A stretch of DNA of 64,000 nucleotides, taken from positions 160,001 through 224,000 of the forward strand of contig JAIPGM010000001.1 in assembly GCA_021735655.1 (NCBI GenBank), given 5' to 3'. The DNA comes from Candidatus Omnitrophota bacterium (GTDB taxonomy: Bacteria > Omnitrophota > Gorgyraeia > Duberdicusellales > 4484-171). Both the position numbers and the translations under genes were made by a program. How positions within the stretch are numbered: position 1 is the stretch's first letter; every line of letters begins with the position of its first letter. Positions 58,787-64,000 of this stretch are shown here, piece by piece. The notes under the pieces are model-generated. The model was not told the DNA's origin. It was given only the letters and a program-made list of their open reading frames with translations, and made no database searches.

Positions 58787-59590
58787 ATGGGAAAAATTAT
58801 AGCATTTATTAAGAAAGATTTTCAAATTTTTTTAAGTTATAAGCTATTTTTCATGTTGCGTTGGGCGGGTATTGTTATACCGGTTGTTACTTTTTATTTT
58901 ATATCTAAGTTTATCGACCAGCAGGGGAATATTGCCTTCAGCGAATATCGAGGAGGGTACTTCCCTTTTGTGGTTATAGGCTTGTCAGTATACGGCTATC
59001 TTCTTGTCTTGTTGCGTTCAGCTTCTGAAGGTATGCGGCAGGAGCAGATGTACGGAACTTTAGAGGTTATTTTTGCTACCCCGGTAAAAAGTAGTATCGT
59101 AGCAATTTCGGCAGGTTTGTGGAATAGTCTTATTGCTTTAGTTGCTATGGTGGTATGTTTGGTAACCGGAATTTTATTGTTTAAGGAGGGCATTGTTGCT
59201 TTGGATTGGTTTGCCTTATTTTTAACTTTAATTATGATTGTCGTTAATTTTTTAAGCATAGGTATATTGGCTGCTGCAGTAATAGTGGTTTGTAAAAGAG
59301 GTGATCCGATTGCTTGGTTTGCTAGTACATTCTTTGCTTTTTTTGGCGGAGTTTATTATCCAGTGAGTGTTTTGCCTAAAGGGTTTCAGAAAATATCTCA
59401 GTTTTTACCGATCACTTATGCTGTCAGGGCTTTGCGTAAAGTTATACTTGCCGGGGCAACATCTGTCGAGATAACTAACGAGTTAGTTGTGTTGTTTATT
59501 TGTGCAGTATGTTTGTTGCCTTTATCTTTAATTATTTTTAGTTATGCTGTGCGGCGAGCTAAGATGAGCGGTAGCTTATCTTATTATTAG
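58787..59590 (+). CDS. ABC-2 type exporter permease
   Basis: 267-aa six-helix membrane protein immediately after the ATPase. Confidence 0.7.
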   Translation: MGKIIAFIKKDFQIFLSYKLFFMLRWAGIVIPVVTFYFISKFIDQQGNIAFSEYRGGYFPFVVIGLSVYGYLLVLLRSASEGMRQEQMYGTLEVIFATPVKSSIVAISAGLWNSLIALVAMVVCLVTGILLFKEGIVALDWFALFLTLIMIVVNFLSIGILAAAVIVVCKRGDPIAWFASTFFAFFGGVYYPVSVLPKGFQKISQFLPITYAVRALRKVILAGATSVEITNELVVLFICAVCLLPLSLIIFSYAVRRAKMSGSLSYY

Positions 59591-59597
59591 GTAATGA

Positions 59598-60944
59598 TTA
59601 TTCACTTAAATTGTTGGTAATATTTTGCTGGGCATAAACTTCATTAACATAAATTCCTAGCCCTTCTGGGGAGAATCGCTTTTTTGGAACAATGCGTATA
59701 CACCCTTTATATTTTTCAATTACATCTTTTCGAATCATTTTTTTAAATGTTTTTAAACTTTTGTTGTAGTCGTGGCTCGGCCAGAAATTGTATTTTTTAT
59801 TTAGGCGGGAGTAATTTAAAAAACGATCCGGGTTAGATATTATTTTTTCCAGATCGCAGTTAAACCGGTCATTGAAATAATCTATATTTATTCCCTCGGG
59901 TAATAGAAGCTGTAGGTAGATAGCACGTAGAAGGCTCCAGTAAAATGGTTTGTCGTTAGAGAGAAGCGCTTTGGTTTGGCTGAGAGGATTTTTGATGTAC
60001 TCTTTGATATTTATTGAATTCATGCCGTCCCAGCCTATGGCTCCGGCGCCAAGGCCCATAAAGGGAACGCAGAAAACAAAGATTAGTTCTGATAGAAACT
60101 CTTTTCCTTTTTTGGCAAAATAAGTATGAAAATAATTAGGATATCCATTGTTAGATAAATAGTCGTAGGCATGGAGGATTAAATCTAAATTGCCCGCTAT
60201 CAAGTTCATTCGGTATGGGTTGAATATTTTTTTTTCGATTATGTTCGTTGATTTATCAAATAAGGGGCCAGGCACCGGGAGTAAGGTGGCATAAGACATG
60301 TGGTCTGGTTCCATGCTAACAGCAATTTTTAAGTCATCTTTGCATTCGGAAAACGTCTGGCCTGGAAAGTTGCATAGCAAGTCAAGGTTTACGTTTTTAA
60401 AACCAACCTTACGTATGCGATCGTAACTAGAATAAATATCCTTTGCTCGGTGGTCGCGGTTTAAGCCTGAGAGGATTTTGTTATTAAAAGTTTGCACCCC
60501 GATACTTATTCGGTTAAACCCTATAGATTTTAAGCCGCGGACTTTTTGGTCAGTTAAAGAATCAGGAGTTGCTTCTATGCTTATTTCTACGATGTCGCTT
60601 CTATTTTGTCCGGAGCAGGAAAGTATTGAAGAAATTATCTTATCCAGTTCTTTTACCGAGAGTAAAGACGGAGTTCCTCCGCCAAAATAAATTGCTTTTA
60701 GCTTTGTTTTTCGGTTTTTTTCGGAACAAAAGCTTTTTACCGCGAGCTCTTTTAAGAGAGCTTTGATGTAAGGGGTTTTTAGTTCTTTTAAGGCTAGAAA
60801 ATCATTATTATACCTGCGGCAGAAACAACAGAAGTGACATTTGTATTTACAAAAAGGGATGTGGACATATACTAGTGATAAGTCATTGGATTGTCGTAAC
60901 TGCGGTATGGTAAGAGTTGCTTTGGATTTTTGTAGATTGCCCAT
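59598..60944 (-). CDS. Radical SAM protein, HemN / HemW-like (oxygen-independent coproporphyrinogen-oxidase family)
   Basis: VYVHIPFCKYKCHFCCF (C-x3-C-x2-C, nt ~60810-60870 on the minus strand) and the GGGTPS motif YFGGGTPSLL of the HemN family. Confidence 0.7.
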   Translation of the reverse strand: MGNLQKSKATLTIPQLRQSNDLSLVYVHIPFCKYKCHFCCFCRRYNNDFLALKELKTPYIKALLKELAVKSFCSEKNRKTKLKAIYFGGGTPSLLSVKELDKIISSILSCSGQNRSDIVEISIEATPDSLTDQKVRGLKSIGFNRISIGVQTFNNKILSGLNRDHRAKDIYSSYDRIRKVGFKNVNLDLLCNFPGQTFSECKDDLKIAVSMEPDHMSYATLLPVPGPLFDKSTNIIEKKIFNPYRMNLIAGNLDLILHAYDYLSNNGYPNYFHTYFAKKGKEFLSELIFVFCVPFMGLGAGAIGWDGMNSINIKEYIKNPLSQTKALLSNDKPFYWSLLRAIYLQLLLPEGINIDYFNDRFNCDLEKIISNPDRFLNYSRLNKKYNFWPSHDYNKSLKTFKKMIRKDVIEKYKGCIRIVPKKRFSPEGLGIYVNEVYAQQNITNNLSE

Positions 60945-61064
60945 GATTGGAAGTTATTATATCTCTTGTAACTAAACCGGGCAATGCTTTTCTTGGTGGT
61001 GTTTTACTGATTGGAAGCAAATTCGTGCGATAATTCATGATTTTAGATAATAAACAGCGTATAT

Positions 61065-62204
61065 ATGAGTTGGAAAAAGCTAAATCATAAGACGGTTCCC
61101 GGCAACAAAGACTTAAACCTGACAACATGGAAATTTAGTCCGGTTTCGGGAGACAAACATGGGGTTATTTCTTTGGAGCGAATCAGAGATAAAGCAAGCA
61201 CAAAGGCAAAATCTACTCTTCTTTATTTACCGGGAACCTGGGGAAATTCTACTTTAATTGATTATCGGGAGAACTACGAGTTTCGTATTTATCTTGCTCG
61301 GAACCAGGTAGACATTTTTAGCTTAGATTATCGGACCCACAGTGCTGATATCCAAGACCAAGATAATTTATCGTTTATGGCCGATTGGACTTATGGGGTA
61401 TTTTTGGAAGATATTAAAAAAAGCGTCGATTTTATCAAGAAAATTACCAAAACAGATAAAATATTTATTGCTGGGATGAGCAGAGGTGGGACTCTGGCTT
61501 ATTATTATGCTTGTCGTAATTGGTTTAGCGATCTTGCCGGTTTGATTATCCTCGACGGCTCTCTTTGGTGGGATTATTTTTCCTTTGATCACAAAATTAC
61601 CTTAAAAGAGGCCTTAGATTCTTTTCGTATTCAGGCAGCTTTTCAAGAAGAGACAGCTTCCCGAGAACAATTAATGAATGTTGGACGGTACTCTATTAAT
61701 CTTAATTTTACTAAGCAGCTAATACAGCAAGCGATTGATAACCCCAATGCTCCTAGTCCAGTTGAGGGGCCTAAGAATTTAGCGGAATATATGGCCGAAA
61801 GGATACATAACAGTCGAGGGCCTTGCTGGGGGTCTAAAGGTATAGCTAATCTATTTGAAGGGTATAATAATATTGAAATTTTGCTAGCTTGGCTGCTGTC
61901 TAAGGATCCTTACTGGCCTATTGTTCAGATTGCTGAATCAATATCTTTGCACAGCCAAGGTATAGGGTCTTCTGAGATAACTTATGCAAATCAAATAAAT
62001 GAGGTAGATGTGCCAGTAATTGCTTTTTTCTCTCAATGGTACTATTCTTTAGATGAAAAACTAAAGGCAACAAAATATATAGGCAGTCGCGATGTTACAA
62101 CGCAGATATTAAATAACTGGGGGCATGCTGATATTCTTTTTGGTGAATATGCACATAAAAAAGTCTTTAAGCCAATGTGTAGATGGTTAAAAGAAAAGGT
62201 ATAG
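61065..62204 (+). CDS. Alpha/beta-hydrolase fold protein
   Basis: Nucleophile elbow IAGMSRGGTLA (G-x-S-x-G) and a downstream His-containing region NNWGHADILF. Confidence 0.55.
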   Translation: MSWKKLNHKTVPGNKDLNLTTWKFSPVSGDKHGVISLERIRDKASTKAKSTLLYLPGTWGNSTLIDYRENYEFRIYLARNQVDIFSLDYRTHSADIQDQDNLSFMADWTYGVFLEDIKKSVDFIKKITKTDKIFIAGMSRGGTLAYYYACRNWFSDLAGLIILDGSLWWDYFSFDHKITLKEALDSFRIQAAFQEETASREQLMNVGRYSINLNFTKQLIQQAIDNPNAPSPVEGPKNLAEYMAERIHNSRGPCWGSKGIANLFEGYNNIEILLAWLLSKDPYWPIVQIAESISLHSQGIGSSEITYANQINEVDVPVIAFFSQWYYSLDEKLKATKYIGSRDVTTQILNNWGHADILFGEYAHKKVFKPMCRWLKEKV

Positions 62205-62271
62205 ATGTTAAACTGTATTCATGATAAAATAGTTTTCATTTTACTGGAAAGGAAGGGATTAAGGGCAAACA

Positions 62272-63510
62272 ATGAATATATGTATATTAGGTAAATATCC
62301 TCCGATACAAGGAGGGGTTTCAACTTGCAATTATTGGTTGAGCAAGGCTTTAGGGCAACGTGGACATAAGGTTTTTGTTGTAACCAATGCTGAAGAAGCT
62401 GGTTTTGAATATAGAGAGCAGATTTATCCTTCTGATGCCCGTCAGCTTGAGCCAAAAAATGTAAGAGTATTCAGTACGCAGCCTTTGAGTAGGCGTTTTA
62501 TCCCTCAGTATCAGCCGTTTATTGCTAAGCTTGCCAGCATGGCAATAGAAATTGTGAAAAAGAATAAAATAGATGTGCTTTACTCAAATTATCTGCTTCC
62601 TTATGGGGTTGCTGGTCTTTTGGTTAAGCAAGCTACGGGTGTGCCTTGGTTTTTAGATCATGCTGGCAGTGACATTACTAATTTATTTGATGAGCCAGAG
62701 CTTAGGCCTATTTTTCTTGAGCTGTTTAAAAATGCAGATTTGGTAGTTAATTCGCCCCAGGTCAAAAGCCGGTTGGTAGATTCAGGGGTTATCCCTGAAG
62801 ATAAACTATCACCTTCTATTGGAAAGATGTCTTACACTAGGGCTCTAGACGATAGTTTTCACCCTCAAGCAAAACCTTTTGATTTAAGTGATTATTTTGA
62901 TCGGTTTAACAGACGCTTACCAGTTTTTACTTTTCTAGGAAAGATTTCTCCCCTCAAAAAAACTTTTGCCTTTGTTGAAGCTGCAGCTAAATTGCCTAAA
63001 GGTAAGTTTTATCTTTTGTTTGTTACCGAAAAAGGGCGGATGCGGATTCATTTGAGGAATTTAATAAGAGAAAAGGGTTTGTTGCCTTACACTTGCCTGT
63101 TGGATTTTAAGCCGCCTTGGCTGGTACCTTCTATCATTACCGCTTCTACGGCAGTGGTTGCCCCAGAAAGCGAAGAGACTCCTTATTTGCCTGAAGGCAC
63201 TCACGGATCCAAAATAGGTTTAGAGGCAATGCTTTGTGGGCGTTGTGCGGTAATCGGAAAAGGAATGAGTAAGAAAGCTTTTTATTATGGTTGTAAAGAT
63301 AAAGAACACTTTTTGGTGGTTGATCCTCATAATATTAATACTTTTGCTAAAAAACTTAAGCTTATTGTAGATGATCCTGGTTTAGCTTATAAAATTGGAA
63401 AAAAAGCCAGGGCTGTTTGGACTGCCAGACGGAATTTTTTTGAGGCTTCCCTAGACTTGTTTGTTAAAAATTTCAAAATAGCTATCCTAAAGAATTCATG
63501 CCTAAGGTAA
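62272..63510 (+). CDS. Glycosyltransferase (GT4-like GT-B fold)
   Basis: MNICILGKYPPIQGGVSTCNYWLSKALGQRGHKVFVVTN N-terminal GT4-style sugar-donor-binding start. Confidence 0.6.
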   Translation: MNICILGKYPPIQGGVSTCNYWLSKALGQRGHKVFVVTNAEEAGFEYREQIYPSDARQLEPKNVRVFSTQPLSRRFIPQYQPFIAKLASMAIEIVKKNKIDVLYSNYLLPYGVAGLLVKQATGVPWFLDHAGSDITNLFDEPELRPIFLELFKNADLVVNSPQVKSRLVDSGVIPEDKLSPSIGKMSYTRALDDSFHPQAKPFDLSDYFDRFNRRLPVFTFLGKISPLKKTFAFVEAAAKLPKGKFYLLFVTEKGRMRIHLRNLIREKGLLPYTCLLDFKPPWLVPSIITASTAVVAPESEETPYLPEGTHGSKIGLEAMLCGRCAVIGKGMSKKAFYYGCKDKEHFLVVDPHNINTFAKKLKLIVDDPGLAYKIGKKARAVWTARRNFFEASLDLFVKNFKIAILKNSCLR

Positions 63511-64000
63511 TACTTATAAGTATTGATGGGGCTTGTTGGCCGGCAATGAATCACTTGTTTAAGAAAGGTGATTTACCGGTTTTAAGCCGCTTAGTAGACC
63601 AAGGGGTCAGCGGGACTCTTAATAATATTAATATGCTTGAGGCTGATCTTTGGGAGATTTTTGATATATACCGAGAGTATATCAAGAAGATCCCTCGTTT
63701 AGGGAGCCATTCGGATTTATCGGATTGGTTGACTTCAATGACTGGTTTTTTACCTAAGGTTCATGGAGTTATTTCCTCAACCGAAAAAGATTCACGTGGC
63801 AGAGAAATACCAGCTTCTCGAAGGACCAGGAAACGTCCGGTAGCATGGGAGATCTTGGCAAATAAAGGCAAAACAATAGGGGTAATTGGCTGTATGGGTG
63901 ATTGGCCCCCGATAGCTTTGCCTCATTATAATGTATCTAGATTTTACAATGTTGATGATATTTATTTTCGCAAAGCTAATAAGGATGCTGACAGTGGCTG
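63498..64000 (+). CDS. Alkaline-phosphatase-superfamily enzyme (type I phosphodiesterase / nucleotide pyrophosphatase-like), 3'-truncated by the window edge
   Basis: ATG at 63498 overlapping the upstream stop by 13 nt. MPKVILISIDGACWPAMNHL matches the metal-binding ISIDG start of ENPP / phosphonate-ester-hydrolase AlkP-core proteins. The frame is open to nt 64000. Confidence 0.5.
   Translation, partial: MPKVILISIDGACWPAMNHLFKKGDLPVLSRLVDQGVSGTLNNINMLEADLWEIFDIYREYIKKIPRLGSHSDLSDWLTSMTGFLPKVHGVISSTEKDSRGREIPASRRTRKRPVAWEILANKGKTIGVIGCMGDWPPIALPHYNVSRFYNVDDIYFRKANKDADSG

Noticed and set aside
60945-61064. Divergent promoter pair between the minus-strand HemN-like gene and the hydrolase gene
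   Set aside because: There are several AT-rich -10-like hexamers (gataat, tagataat). None has a convincing -35 at 16-18 bp. The region is plausible as a regulatory region, but I cannot place elements.
1-64000. tRNA, rRNA, CRISPR arrays, transposases or integrases
   Set aside because: Intergenic gaps are all under 150 bp and none folds into an obvious cloverleaf. There are no direct-repeat arrays and no IS-like terminal inverted repeats or transposase motifs in any ORF.

Overview
This 64 kb window is low-GC bacterial DNA, roughly 40-45% GC by eye, with an AT-rich stretch of about 25-35% GC between ~39 and 56 kb. It is almost entirely coding, on the + strand. The first 31 kb is one uninterrupted reading frame, open from nt 1 to TGA 31036-31038. 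The first in-frame start is GTG at nt 64, giving 10,324 codons.

The translation is not a repetitive adhesin-like giant protein. It is a chain of about 30 dissimilar modules. Many look like complete stand-alone enzymes, mostly for glycan and sugar metabolism. There are also regulator-like and membrane modules. Every module boundary carries the same hexapeptide P-L-D-N-G-[K/R/H]: 29 exact PLDNG copies plus one PFDNG and one PLNNG. Each copy is encoded with freely varying synonymous codons. I read this as a candidate bacterial polyprotein, or programmed-processing precursor, with a conserved punctuation or cleavage motif. It is the most unusual object in the window.

Downstream, in order:
- a five-gene Opp/Dpp-type ABC peptide importer (31079-36842);
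- an FAD oxidoreductase with a recognisable promoter (36986-38293);
- a Wzm/Wzt-type ABC-2 exporter (38294-42540) whose ATPase carries four copies of a ~115-aa C-terminal domain;
- five radical-SAM proteins with eight radical-SAM cores (B12-binding and SPASM classes), one triple-fused and one double-fused, plus a methyltransferase (42524-55805);
- two GT4 glycosyltransferases (55802-58062);
- a second ABC-2 exporter (58108-59590);
- a HemN-like radical-SAM protein on the minus strand (59598-60944), an alpha/beta hydrolase (61065-62204), another glycosyltransferase (62272-63510) and a 3'-truncated alkaline-phosphatase-superfamily gene (63498-64000).

The ~115-aa domain also occurs at the N-terminus of one B12 radical-SAM enzyme and the C-terminus of another. 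No rRNA, tRNA, CRISPR array or transposase was recognised. All family calls come from reading motifs by eye and need HMM confirmation. The organism is probably an uncultivated anaerobe; that is inference.
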